Of a stretch of DNA of 64,000 nucleotides, positions 10,501 through 19,598 are shown piece by piece. This stretch comes from a virus. The DNA lies in IMG/VR virus record IMGVR_UViG_3300020473_000020, positions 64,001-128,000 of that record, one strand, 5' to 3'. Below the pieces are notes generated by a model, which was not told the DNA's origin, did not search any database, and worked only from the letters and a program-made list of their open reading frames with translations. The translations under genes were made by a program, and so were the position numbers. Within the stretch, counting starts at the first letter, position 1. Every line of letters starts with the position of its first letter.

Positions 10501-11967
10501 AACTTCAATGCCTGAGCTTTCTAACCAGCGAAGTACGCCACCTGCTGTGGTTGCACCTAGGATGCCAGAAATTACTTGTCGGTACGGTAGCTCGTTATTC
10601 TCAAGACACCATGCTAGATACGTCATTGTATCTTCCCAACCACGGAACGTAGGGAATTTGCCGTCGCCATCCATCGCACTGATGTCGTGCAGTGATTGCT
10701 GGTCGAAACCAAAACGGGCTAGTTCTTGTAGCTGAGGGTGCTTTTGAACGGCCTCTAATTCAACGAGATAGTCGAAAGCGCCTTTTTGTATGCTTGGGTC
10801 ACTAGAACTCACTACATACGGGATAAAGCGGTCTACTTTTGCAACGTCATCAACGTTTTGAACTAGGTAGATTAGTTTTTCGTATTGCTCTGGGTCTAGC
10901 TCGTCGAGCTTATCCATTTCAACAGGTAAGTTCGCAGCGGCTAGCTTAGGCGCAATAGAAATATCGTAGTCATTTAACGCGTGGCCATTGATCATAACCA
11001 TTAACTGGTTCATCACTTCTTTAGGCGTACGGTTAATTTCATCGAAGAACATGACAGGCGTCTTCGCATATTCGCGTAGGCGCGCTTCAAATTCTTTGTC
11101 GCTTTCGCTTACGGTTACTTCACCCGAGTCGATACGTTGAACCATTGAACGGCATGACTCAACAAATGGCGTCGTACACGTCAGTAATTCAAGTTTAGGT
11201 GAGTCCGTCCAGCGCTCATTCATTTGAGAAAGCAATGAACCGTCTGAACCGTCAGTCTCTGAGGTCAGTGTGATCATACCCAGCATGTCCATCTTATCGA
11301 AGAACGCTGCACGGATGTCGACTAGACGGTAACCCCAATCGCCTGCTGCTTCGTTAGCGCTTGAGTTTAGCTCTTTAATAACAGACTTAACTGATGCAGA
11401 TTTGGAAATACCTGAGTGACCAATTAGAAGTGGTGCCTTGTTCACTTTCTTGGCATCAAAGCCCACAATCGACGTCTTAATCACATTGCTGATATTCGAA
11501 ACCGTACGGAAGCGGTTTAGCGGATTATCGGCGCGTGATTTAAGTGATTGTTTGTTTGAGGCGCGTGAGAAACGAGCTTCCATTAAATCTCCATCTTCTA
11601 ATAACTCTTCTGCAACCGTCTCGGGCTGAGTCATCGAAGCGAGGGCTAACACCTCTTCTGGGTCGGCTCCAAATACGCTGATGGCACGCTCGCGAGCGGC
11701 TTCTTCGTCAGTATAGACTGACACTGCGTATTCAGTTGAAGGATTTAGCTTCATGTAGGCACAGTGGAATGGCAAATCTTGCGCTGCACCCATGATGTAT
11801 ACTTCACCGTCAAACATCGCCAGCTCAGGGCGGCGTGCATGCGGTTCGATAAACGCAGGTACTTCACCATAGTTCTTTACCATGGTAGTTGCAACCTGCA
11901 TAAACTGTTCACTAACTACGCTGCGGTATTCTAACAGCGAAATAGTATCTCTAACAGACTTAAACAT
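7537..11967 (-). CDS. Large protein with two tandem MoxR/dynein-related (AAA_5-like) AAA+ ATPase domains
   Basis: Walker A-like GHSGISKS and GRMGIAKT; Walker B MFFDEINRT and LVFDEINRC; sensor AAAN/AAGN; arginine fingers VDRF and LHRF. Confidence 0.8.
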   Translation of the reverse strand: MFKSVRDTISLLEYRSVVSEQFMQVATTMVKNYGEVPAFIEPHARRPELAMFDGEVYIMGAAQDLPFHCAYMKLNPSTEYAVSVYTDEEAARERAISVFGADPEEVLALASMTQPETVAEELLEDGDLMEARFSRASNKQSLKSRADNPLNRFRTVSNISNVIKTSIVGFDAKKVNKAPLLIGHSGISKSASVKSVIKELNSSANEAAGDWGYRLVDIRAAFFDKMDMLGMITLTSETDGSDGSLLSQMNERWTDSPKLELLTCTTPFVESCRSMVQRIDSGEVTVSESDKEFEARLREYAKTPVMFFDEINRTPKEVMNQLMVMINGHALNDYDISIAPKLAAANLPVEMDKLDELDPEQYEKLIYLVQNVDDVAKVDRFIPYVVSSSDPSIQKGAFDYLVELEAVQKHPQLQELARFGFDQQSLHDISAMDGDGKFPTFRGWEDTMTYLAWCLENNELPYRQVISGILGATTAGGVLRWLESSGIEVDITTTDSESFIDHTYRAGLPLMLLGRMGIAKTAGINQAIKKNDDEAIRIDLSSTDRVNVGGFPRPAPFLREAFGFGFKEKGAASKEDALNAKMAAVTSPLFEAFEAEVKQNGDVPHQTTSYIPNKQLQDQLDAIRESQEEGKRLVLVFDEINRCTPVVQSAVFEAISDSRLFGCDLSGINYSVIAAGNYDDSEGFDAESGSMGSTFDAAPIDTATLHRFATKITREVSLRDTEQFIEYLETELPAAHYVAEKMGAETLMELLNTPYDEMGGDDYDDENEGGLASPVFTMRTLQALHNMMVTNHPYVYANIALSEAAVAAGGADPVLAQAQAFIAVSENPDLILFKEDPNMGYPLRELKSTGLHTALELPNTSTVAAKDIFNAIRDVCISITNGDMETISRLKDQFGNLNSFMFRCQAVIEEIENTLDDASVQLTYAGIVPDYAKDVVGEALEQFYVEKSVAAAQVAGFEPLELFNESASDEELEGLINRHMAMVASETTLDFNELFIRLLEDTLAQNPDLKPSAAHLLRLKNVYNGHPLAAARPITDARISMFLNDYRNKVSGAEKAVETLNKLVVDMLEVPKVITATSLIFKSFASSIGERLDNADAIETVVLPAISSGTDVYKKAVTNENAKSFSWNGDFKTVKDATNYLADKGISPLQAAALLGVMMEARGRSTIDAVGRFFEDNKRFELMSLGSVNAHDGHIYPDYNTLHRFDQGKGNYAGTTIIGKSSKAYALHLKDVLPLSRIDNASRNTEAAKENPDWFLDLVYKGNRYGVAITLRVEDVIAAPHQQLLEIPIVETPSVIGLEGDQLRRIALAVAQVTMDGTPARPTAFMGDEGAGNLGALANLSEDDLVHSATFAQINYEATFVKQGGTKEVDQLQALDLLRSPSALASDDSHDFTDTQIVMAGIANTRSMGVLADEDKVSAKVSQNLRDTLTSMNIDPSVVIDSDVSLSVSERQQQLVNKDMIQAFSRYSRLLRDVWK

Positions 11968-11984
11968 TTATTTTCCCCTGCTTT

Positions 11985-12302
11985 TTACACCGCGCCTAAC
12001 AGGTCGCGATAGTGTAGTTCTTCCACTTGGCCAAGTAGCGTTTTGGCTTCTTCAAGTGTTTTACCATTTAGGGCAAATTTACCCATTTCTGCACGGAAGT
12101 CGCGCTTATAAATCCAAGCCTTTTTGTAATCTAGGCTTAGTTTTACTTGGCATTCCAACCGAATACTGGCTTGAACAGGCAGAGTGACGTTTGAAACTTT
12201 GCCAGCGACTACGCCTGCCTTAACTAGTTCCGCGCCTTCGCTTGGTTCTAGAAAAGTTACGCCGTCGAAGGTAAGTCTCGAAAGCACCTCAATTGCGCTC
12301 AT
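11985..12302 (-). CDS. Hypothetical protein
   Basis: ORF with a GAGGA RBS, in the operon with the AAA gene. Confidence 0.7.
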   Translation of the reverse strand: MSAIEVLSRLTFDGVTFLEPSEGAELVKAGVVAGKVSNVTLPVQASIRLECQVKLSLDYKKAWIYKRDFRAEMGKFALNGKTLEEAKTLLGQVEELHYRDLLGAV

Positions 12303-12339
12303 ATTCTCATCCTCGTACGCACCATTACAGTGCTTGTTA

Positions 12340-12558
12340 TTAATCGTTCAACAACATTTCTGCTGTCAGGTTAGTTAAAACTGGCTGTTCGACTTCCGAA
12401 GGCTGGGCAGCTTCTGCAAGTGCTGCGCGTTGTGTCGTCAACGACTCGACAACAGCTCTAGACTTAGTACGCATACGTTGGTCACGTTCCATAAAGCGCT
12501 GCTTCGCTGATCGTGGGGCGTGCGTTTCTTGCACGTTTAAGAGTGCTGATAGACTCAT
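12340..12558 (-). CDS. Hypothetical protein (start taken at MSLSALL)
   Basis: GGAG RBS upstream of the internal ATG. Confidence 0.6.
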   Translation of the reverse strand: MSLSALLNVQETHAPRSAKQRFMERDQRMRTKSRAVVESLTTQRAALAEAAQPSEVEQPVLTNLTAEMLLND

Positions 12559-12968
12559 AGCATTACTCCACAAGTAAATAAATTTACGTCTCTTGTACCT
12601 GCAAACAGGCACGGTTGTCTCAATCTCAATTCACTACCGTGATTGCAGGTAAAGCCCTAGAAAGTCACAGGTAAGTGAACTTATTGTACAACGCTACGGG
12701 GCAAAGAGAAAGCCAAAAGGGGTGGTGCGTGAGGTGGTGGGGTGCCAGATAAACGACAACCCGCACACATACGTGTAGCGGGTTGTTAATATATAATAAG
12801 ACTTTTAGTGTTAAAGCTAACCTTGTGCCCTTTAAGCCATTGTGACCTAAAGGTTTTGCTTATCTCGGTTTGCAGGAGCATAGTAGCAAAAACAGATCCC
12901 TGCTTCCACCCTTAATTCACTTATTTTCCTATGTTTTTGTACAATGCTTTCGAGGTCTTGTACACGAC

Positions 12969-13199
12969 CTAATTCGCGACATGCGGCTCGTGCATAAGGT
13001 AATCAGTGATCCATGTCGTGGCAGCCGTTAAAGTCTTAAACTTTAACCAATCACCGTCTGGCGTGACCGATGCGCAGCTATGCTCGCCAATTACTACAAA
13101 GTTGCCGTCTTCACCCCGAATACGGAAGATGCGTTCTTGCTTCGAGTACACATCCCAATGATGTGTATTGCGATGATAAAAGCTAAATGATTTGTTCAT
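12969..13199 (-). CDS. Hypothetical protein
   Basis: 76-aa ORF with a plausible RBS (CAGG). Confidence 0.55.
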   Translation of the reverse strand: MNKSFSFYHRNTHHWDVYSKQERIFRIRGEDGNFVVIGEHSCASVTPDGDWLKFKTLTAATTWITDYLMHEPHVAN

Positions 13200-13229
13200 G
13201 TATGTACCTGATTTTTTTGTCTAAAAATA

Positions 13230-13263
13230 AAACCCCAGACACTTGAAAGTGCCTAGGGGTTTG
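13230..13263 (-). terminator. Hairpin terminator downstream of the DNA polymerase
   Basis: AAACCCC..CACTT/AAGTG..GGGGTTT inverted repeat with an adjacent T-run. Confidence 0.6.
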
Positions 13264-13303
13264 CTTTGTTTGTTAGTGCTTATTTACGCTAAAGCCCTTT
13301 ATT

Positions 13304-15907
13304 TTAGATGCCGCCCGAAATCTTGGCTCTCAGATTTGGTATAAAGTCAGCTGATGAGTATTCACCAATAACTTCTTGGGCTGCCCAGTGTGGACCTGCT
13401 TCGGCTTCTACTAGTAACGGCACGTTAATGAAGTCAAATTCAGACAAGCACATTAGCTCGGCAACAAACTCCACCGTGTCGATAACTTCGTCTTCTGGGC
13501 AGTAGAACGTAATATCATCGTGAATGTTTACCGCAGGTTGAATACCTTCTTTAACCATGCGGTTCATTGCATCTACTACGATGTCTGACGCTGTGCCCTG
13601 TACTGGCGAGTTAACGAGCTGGTTGTAGGAGAGGGGACCATGGCGTTTACGGCCTGTCATTGTTTGTACGTAACCATTGCGCTTATAGAAATCAACCATA
13701 CGCTCTTGGTAACGCTTAACCCCTGCGAACGTGTCCCAGAACTCGTCGTATAGCGGTTGGATTACGTCTGTAGGGATTTGCAGTGTACGCGCACAACTAA
13801 ACATACTTGAACCGAAGAACAGCGGGAATACCCATTGGTTTTTAACGTTACCACGGAACGTTTTTAACGCTTTCGGGTCATTTAGCTTATCTTCGCCGCC
13901 GATAACTTTAGGGTAGGCTTGAGAGATTTTCTTAGCCCATTCCATGTGAACGTCGTAGTTATCCCAAAGTGCCTTACAGAAGTTGACGTCGTGACTGATC
14001 ATACCCCACACACGTGCCTCTATTTGGCCATAATCCACTGACACAATGTGGTGCCCCTTCGGACAGTTAATACCCTCACGTACCTTCTTACCATCACCAC
14101 GCTTAGGGAAGTTTTGTGCATTCGGATCCGAACTAGAAAGACGGCCAGTACCTGTACGATAAAGGTTAAAGCTCGCGTGAAGCTTACCGTCATCATGGAC
14201 TAGCCCCTTTCGCTTACCCTTCTTGTCAGTCTCTTCGTTAGAGTACGTCCACGCGTCAACGTAAGTCGACATGATCTTCGTAAGCTTACGTAGTTTACGA
14301 ATAATACCTGCGCTCTCTAAGCCTGCATTTTCAAGCTTTTCCATCACGGTGTCATCGGTTGATGGCTTACGATTACCGAAGTTATCTTCAACCATAACCT
14401 CTGGGCGTTGCAGCATATCTTTATACAAGGCTAGAAGGTCTGCTGGTGATGAGTGTTGCAGCTTACCCTTACGTCGTCCGTACTTCTTATTGTACTTCTC
14501 GATCTCGTAAACGTTTTCTAGGTCTTCTTCTAACTCCGCAATGTTAGTAACGCATTCTTTACGGAACTCGGCTAGCCACTCGTTGTTAATGTTTAGACCA
14601 ACCTGCTGTGTACGGGCAAGTGTCGCGCAGCTTCGGATCAAGTGGCCATGAACCCATTCGGCGTCTTTGTCACCTTCAATCTTTGGCCACAGCTTTTGCT
14701 TCAACATGTATGTGTATTTGGTGTCCATACCGTTGTACAGTAGGAGCGTGCGCAGGTCGGCTTTTAGAACGTTACGCGTATCGACGTTAGTCAGTTCTTT
14801 TAAGCGGAAGCCTAAGTGTATTTGACACAGTGCATCTAGGTTTAGAACACCTTGGCGCACGTCAAGAACATAACCCATGGCCATCGTGTCATCCCAAGGC
14901 GTATTCAAGATATTATCGCCGTAGAAGTAGCTTAGCCATTCTTGCTCAAACGGTAAGTTATGGGCGATTTTGCTTGTCTTCTTGCGACGGAAGAAACGAC
15001 GCAGTGCCTTCTCAATACGCTCGCGTTGGTTCGTGTTCCAACCCATAGGGTGGTAAACAGGAAAGGCAATGGTGTGCTTATCCGTTCCGATTGCGATAGT
15101 CACGACCTTACTTGCTTTTGAGTACGGACGTAGGCGAGTGGTCTCAATATCCACGCCGACCTCTGGCCATGTGCCCATTTCTTCCAATACCTCTTCGACA
15201 CGGTCAACCTCTGAGTCGGTTTGACCCATGATGATCTCAATATTGTCCTCATAGCCCGAGATAATCGGTTTAGGTGGGTTCTCAGCAAAGTCACCACGCT
15301 GAATGCCACGGCTAAAGCGCTTAATGTCCTGCAAGAATGCACGCTCATACTCGTTTATTTCTTTCTGTCGGTCACGACGTGTACTTGCAACATAATCGAC
15401 TGAGTAAAGCGGGAAGTACCAGAAGCTATGGCCTTTGTAATGGCACAGAACCTGACGCCCGCGCCATGCTTGCACGTCGCCTTCACCTAAAAAGTGCTTT
15501 AGCGGCGCATAGCCTAAACCAAGTACATACGTTGGCTTTTGTTTAAGGAAGTCCTCATCAAAGCGCGAACGACAGGCAATACCTGCATTAGCAGCTTCGT
15601 CGTTATCTGGCGTAGCCCCTTGTACAAGCGCATGGATTGTGATCTTTTTCTTGAGCCAGCCTGACGGGAAGGCGCTCTTGAGTTGTTGCCACTTAGAGCC
15701 TGTTAGGAACTCACCTGAGCGTTCATCAGTTACTGATGGACGGTCAACAATTAAGGCAATGTCGTTGTCTAGCTCGCCCGTGCAGGTCATCTGCTCGCAC
15801 GTGTCTTTCAATGGGCATACATGACAGCCGCCCTTGCCTAGGGTGCGCATAGGTACTTTCTTGTCAATGCGCTTCTTCTTTCTTTGACCAAAAAATGAAC
15901 CAGCCAC
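13304..15907 (-). CDS. polA: Family A DNA polymerase with N-terminal UDG-like domain and 3'-5' exonuclease (SPO1-type architecture)
   Basis: ExoI VDIET, ExoII AHNLPFE, ExoIII YNGMD; TGTGRLSSSDPNAQN; motif A VDYGQIEARV; motif B RGNVKNQWVFPLFFG; motif C NIHDDI; N-terminal CxxCPL and ACR...KP..VLGLG UDG-like segment. Confidence 0.93.
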   Translation of the reverse strand: MAGSFFGQRKKKRIDKKVPMRTLGKGGCHVCPLKDTCEQMTCTGELDNDIALIVDRPSVTDERSGEFLTGSKWQQLKSAFPSGWLKKKITIHALVQGATPDNDEAANAGIACRSRFDEDFLKQKPTYVLGLGYAPLKHFLGEGDVQAWRGRQVLCHYKGHSFWYFPLYSVDYVASTRRDRQKEINEYERAFLQDIKRFSRGIQRGDFAENPPKPIISGYEDNIEIIMGQTDSEVDRVEEVLEEMGTWPEVGVDIETTRLRPYSKASKVVTIAIGTDKHTIAFPVYHPMGWNTNQRERIEKALRRFFRRKKTSKIAHNLPFEQEWLSYFYGDNILNTPWDDTMAMGYVLDVRQGVLNLDALCQIHLGFRLKELTNVDTRNVLKADLRTLLLYNGMDTKYTYMLKQKLWPKIEGDKDAEWVHGHLIRSCATLARTQQVGLNINNEWLAEFRKECVTNIAELEEDLENVYEIEKYNKKYGRRKGKLQHSSPADLLALYKDMLQRPEVMVEDNFGNRKPSTDDTVMEKLENAGLESAGIIRKLRKLTKIMSTYVDAWTYSNEETDKKGKRKGLVHDDGKLHASFNLYRTGTGRLSSSDPNAQNFPKRGDGKKVREGINCPKGHHIVSVDYGQIEARVWGMISHDVNFCKALWDNYDVHMEWAKKISQAYPKVIGGEDKLNDPKALKTFRGNVKNQWVFPLFFGSSMFSCARTLQIPTDVIQPLYDEFWDTFAGVKRYQERMVDFYKRNGYVQTMTGRKRHGPLSYNQLVNSPVQGTASDIVVDAMNRMVKEGIQPAVNIHDDITFYCPEDEVIDTVEFVAELMCLSEFDFINVPLLVEAEAGPHWAAQEVIGEYSSADFIPNLRAKISGGI

Positions 15908-15910
15908 GAC

Positions 15911-17041
15911 TTACTCCACCGAAATAATGTGAGTGATGTAGTCGCCGTTTCTGAACACGATAACATTACCGCTTGCCCAGTGGCCTTCTTCTAGGATCTT
16001 AGCTGCGCGAAGCACATAGTTAGGGTTCACCATGATTTCAACATCAGGGGCTAAGCCTCCCACCCAGCGGTCGCTCAAGTCTTGCTGCTGTGTATCTTGT
16101 GATAGTACTGCTTCACTTTCTTTAGAGCCTTCGCTAATGCTCAGTGTCTCTTGAGTCTGGTGCTTGTTAACTGCGATCTTGTGCACACCTGCGGCACGCG
16201 TGAAGATAGCGCGTAGGTCGTCATCAACCTCAAACCATTCATCTTCTTTCGTTTCAGGCATTGCCTCGTCGAACACGTCTTCATAAGGCATGATGTCTGC
16301 GTCAGGTAGTTCTACCATTAACCAGCCGTAGTCCTCGCCGAAGTTACAGTGCAGGTAGGTCTCGCCGAAGCTCAGTTTTACCTTGCCGTTGTGGTCTTCA
16401 AAGAAGTGCTTGTACAACTTTAAGAACTGCTTACAGAAATCGTTGGGCAATAATACAAGGTCATTCTCGTAGTCGCCTTTCGGTGGACATTTCGCACCAT
16501 TGATGACTGCACGTGTCAGCGTCTGGTCATCTGTACTATAAAGCGTTAGTGGCTCACCTTCGCGCATTGAAAGTGCAACCGAGCCAAACACATCAAAAAA
16601 GTATTGTGTGTCGATGCTCAGCATTGCTGAGGCGAGGGCTTCTGAGAAAGCCATATCGACTTCCATGGTAAACACAGCATCGTCAGTTAGGCTATCAACA
16701 GTTAACACGAACTCTTCGGCAGGGTGGGTTACAAACGCCATCTTAGAGCGGCCATGCTTCAAAACTAGGTTGCCATCGTTCTCCACGAATGACACTTCCT
16801 CTGCTCGGATAGTGCTCACACATTTGTTAAGGGCGTTACCAGCTATTGCTGCTGAGAAAGAAGTATCAAGGGCTACGCCAATTGAAATGAAATCGTTATA
16901 TGCAAAAACGCAGTCGCCAGTAAAGCAATAGCTTTGCATGATCGGAAGGATGTTATTCAGGCTTAGTGCAGGTTTTACCAGCTGCAAAGCCTCTTGCAGA
17001 TCATCTGTTCTACAGGTCATATTGTTTCTCTTTAGTATCAA
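15911..17041 (-). CDS. dnaN: DNA polymerase sliding clamp, beta (DnaN-like)
   Basis: 376 aa (beta-clamp size); N-terminal LQEALQLVKPALS..NILPIMQ; LTLYSTD..TL; IMVNPNYVLRA; adjacent to the polymerase. Confidence 0.72.
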   Translation of the reverse strand: MILKRNNMTCRTDDLQEALQLVKPALSLNNILPIMQSYCFTGDCVFAYNDFISIGVALDTSFSAAIAGNALNKCVSTIRAEEVSFVENDGNLVLKHGRSKMAFVTHPAEEFVLTVDSLTDDAVFTMEVDMAFSEALASAMLSIDTQYFFDVFGSVALSMREGEPLTLYSTDDQTLTRAVINGAKCPPKGDYENDLVLLPNDFCKQFLKLYKHFFEDHNGKVKLSFGETYLHCNFGEDYGWLMVELPDADIMPYEDVFDEAMPETKEDEWFEVDDDLRAIFTRAAGVHKIAVNKHQTQETLSISEGSKESEAVLSQDTQQQDLSDRWVGGLAPDVEIMVNPNYVLRAAKILEEGHWASGNVIVFRNGDYITHIISVE

Positions 17042-17199
17042 TAAATATGCTTCTAGCGCTTGTACGCTATAGCTTTCTTAGTCTCGTTTATTGGGTAGCC
17101 CGTCACTTGTGCACGTCTACCGCGAGGCATTCTATCAGAAGTGGTATTATTTAGAAATGTCTGTGTTGCAGTGATTTATGGATTTGTTGCAAAAAAAAA

Positions 17200-17224
17200 A
17201 ATGGCCTCAAGATGAGACCATTTT
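17200..17224 (-). terminator. Terminator
   Basis: AAAATGG.CTCA/TGAG.CCATTTT hairpin with an adjacent A-run (T-run on the minus strand). Confidence 0.55.
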
Positions 17225-17242
17225 AATTTACTAGTTTACTCG

Positions 17243-18469
17243 TTACTTCTTCGACTTTAAGTGCTTCGCTACCGCAGCGGATAGCTTAGCCGTGTACTCT
17301 TCATCCATTGCTGGGTCGACCTTGGCTAAGTCTTCTACAGACTTAAACTTGTTTAGCTGTTCTTGGTTGAACATACCCATAGATTCGAAGAACTCATACG
17401 CGCCACGAAGGTCTGATAACTTCGGCGACCACGTGCCTTTCTTAGCCTCAACACCTAGCTCTTTCATGATTAAATAAATCTCATCAAAGCGGATTTCTTT
17501 ATCAATCAGGAGCAAGCGGCGCATTGTACCTACAACGCCGTATGTGTTAGCGCTGATACTAGTCGTACGGACAGAACGCTTTCGAGCCTTCTCTTCGGCT
17601 TTACGCTTCGCTTCCGCTTCGGCCTTAGCCTTGGCCTCGGCTTCTTTTTGTGCTTTCTCTTCGGCTTTACGCTTCGCTTCCGCTTCGGCCTTAGCCTTGG
17701 CCTCAGCTTCTTCTTGTGCTTTCTTCTTAGCGGCTTCTTTTGCAGCGGCTTCTTCTTTGGCTTTTTTATCAGCGTCTTCTTTCGCTTTTTTCTCGGCTTC
17801 GGCCTTTGCTGCTTGCGCTTCGGCATCATCGTTTAGGTCGGTGCTTACTGCATCGTCGCCATCGGGGTCGCCGACTAAGTCAGAAATATCAGCAAGGGCT
17901 GCCAGTGTTTGGTCAGTACTACTTAATGCTGGCTCAACTTTTCGGCGCTGACGACGCGAGCGTGCTGGCTTCTTCTCAGTGCCAAAATGTGACGCTAGTG
18001 TGCTTTCAACATTTTTTAGCACGGCGTTACCTTTCAGCTCCGCTGTAATTTCTTTAGGTAGTGCCACACCGTCTGGCCAGTTAGCTAGTGCGTAGGCAAC
18101 CGTCAGGACATCGTCATCGTCACCAGCTTCATCAAGTGCTGGGAAATCTGCGAATAACTCAGCCTGAGCACCCATTGCATCAGGGTCAAGCTCGGCTTCG
18201 TGGTTGTCTGCAACCTCATCCGTCCATTCTTTTAGCTCGGCTAATGCCTTTGCACGCGAGGCTGACTTACGAGCACTCTCAACAAGTGCATTGTACTGGT
18301 CATCGTCTAATCCGTAGATGAACGCATCATAGATCTTACCGCTTACGACCTCAGCCGTGTCGGTGCTCTTGATGCAATAAGGTTCATTCTCGTCGGTAAG
18401 CATCGGTAGGACTTCCAACGCAGCTAATAAAACTGTGTTAAGTGTGTCGGTCATTTTTCGGTTATCCAT
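17243..18469 (-). CDS. Hypothetical protein with a TolA-like Ala/Lys/Glu helical repeat linker
   Basis: EAEAKAKAEAEAKRKAEEKA repeats between two globular regions. Confidence 0.75.
   Translation of the reverse strand: MDNRKMTDTLNTVLLAALEVLPMLTDENEPYCIKSTDTAEVVSGKIYDAFIYGLDDDQYNALVESARKSASRAKALAELKEWTDEVADNHEAELDPDAMGAQAELFADFPALDEAGDDDDVLTVAYALANWPDGVALPKEITAELKGNAVLKNVESTLASHFGTEKKPARSRRQRRKVEPALSSTDQTLAALADISDLVGDPDGDDAVSTDLNDDAEAQAAKAEAEKKAKEDADKKAKEEAAAKEAAKKKAQEEAEAKAKAEAEAKRKAEEKAQKEAEAKAKAEAEAKRKAEEKARKRSVRTTSISANTYGVVGTMRRLLLIDKEIRFDEIYLIMKELGVEAKKGTWSPKLSDLRGAYEFFESMGMFNQEQLNKFKSVEDLAKVDPAMDEEYTAKLSAAVAKHLKSKK
17589..17720. repeat. Intragenic 66-bp tandem duplication encoding KA/E repeats
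   Basis: Near-identical units start at 17589 and 17655. Confidence 0.85.
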
Positions 18470-18590
18470 TTATCGGTGTAATCGTCTGCGGCGCAGCGAT
18501 TTATTAAACATGGTTGTACAATACATTATTTTTTGCGGAAGTAAAACCTTTTTTATAAAAAGTTTGTACAACGCTTTACGAGGCAGTGCT

Positions 18591-19598
18591 CTAGTCTTCA
18601 TAACGCTTGCGTAATATTTGCTTGGCTGAGGCCATGGCAGCATCGTATTTGCGACCTAGGATGCGCTCTACTTTGTGCTTGTTCTCTTTCGAGACAAGGT
18701 CTGCCATTGACTTAATACCAAAGTTGGCGAGCTTGCGAACAAGCATCACACCTAAGCCTTCAACTTCCGTTAGCTCAGCAACAGACTGCGAGGTACCGTT
18801 CTTATAGCGTGTTTCAAGTAGATGCCAGTAACCCTCTGGGCGTTCCCAGTCGCATGCCTTAGCTATTTGGCGTACAGCTTGGAATATACGTGAGCTGTCG
18901 TATTTAAACGCAGAGAGTCGCGTTGCTGGGACGACCTTGCCGTTGATGTGGTCATAGATGTCCGCAGCGAGCGCCGTCGCACGTACACCACGGAGCTTCT
19001 TCGTCAACTCTGCTTCATAGGCTTCGACTTGCTTTGCTTGTCCTTTAGGGATGTAATCTAAGTTATAGCTCGGCGCACCTGCTACAACATGGGTCATGAC
19101 GTAATCATTTTCCCATAGGTCATTATCTGCGACATCTTGAAGACCACGCCACCAGTGAAAAACATCCTCTGGTTTGTAGTACCATACCGCCGAAACGCGG
19201 CCAATATCTGTGATAAGTAGGCGACCCCCTGTCTCTAAGAGCATCTTAGTGACCAACAAGTCGCGCAAAACCTTGTCGACGATTTCCTGATTAACTTTAC
19301 CCTGAACAAACGCAAGTGAGCGTTTGAACCACGTCTCAACGTCAGCTCGCGTTGTGATCACACCTGAGTCAACCTCGGCCAAAATGTGAAACCCCAGTGT
19401 TGATTCATCAACTAACTGAGAGTCCACGTTTCTCGCTTCTTGGATGCGCTCTTGCCATCTAGTAGGGTTATCGCAAATAAGCAAGCAATGACCATGGTAC
19501 TTATCAAGATAAGCTTGGTCGTTTTCGGCTAACCACGTTTTGGCGTCTTCAACGCTGTCAGCCTTAATAACTTTGTGGTGAGTCTTCAAAGCAGCCAT
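18591..19598 (-). CDS. C-terminal part of a Ski2/Hel308-like helicase (winged helix, ratchet/Sec63-like, HhH)
   Basis: LDKYHGHCLLIC, VDSQL...LGFHILAEVDSGVI...WFKRSLAF, ITDIGRVSAVWY, ELTEVEGLGVMLVRKL. Confidence 0.75.
   Translation of the reverse strand: MAALKTHHKVIKADSVEDAKTWLAENDQAYLDKYHGHCLLICDNPTRWQERIQEARNVDSQLVDESTLGFHILAEVDSGVITTRADVETWFKRSLAFVQGKVNQEIVDKVLRDLLVTKMLLETGGRLLITDIGRVSAVWYYKPEDVFHWWRGLQDVADNDLWENDYVMTHVVAGAPSYNLDYIPKGQAKQVEAYEAELTKKLRGVRATALAADIYDHINGKVVPATRLSAFKYDSSRIFQAVRQIAKACDWERPEGYWHLLETRYKNGTSQSVAELTEVEGLGVMLVRKLANFGIKSMADLVSKENKHKVERILGRKYDAAMASAKQILRKRYED

Noticed and set aside
17243-18469. TolA
   Set aside because: Only the low-complexity KA/E linker resembles TolA; there is no N-terminal transmembrane anchor.
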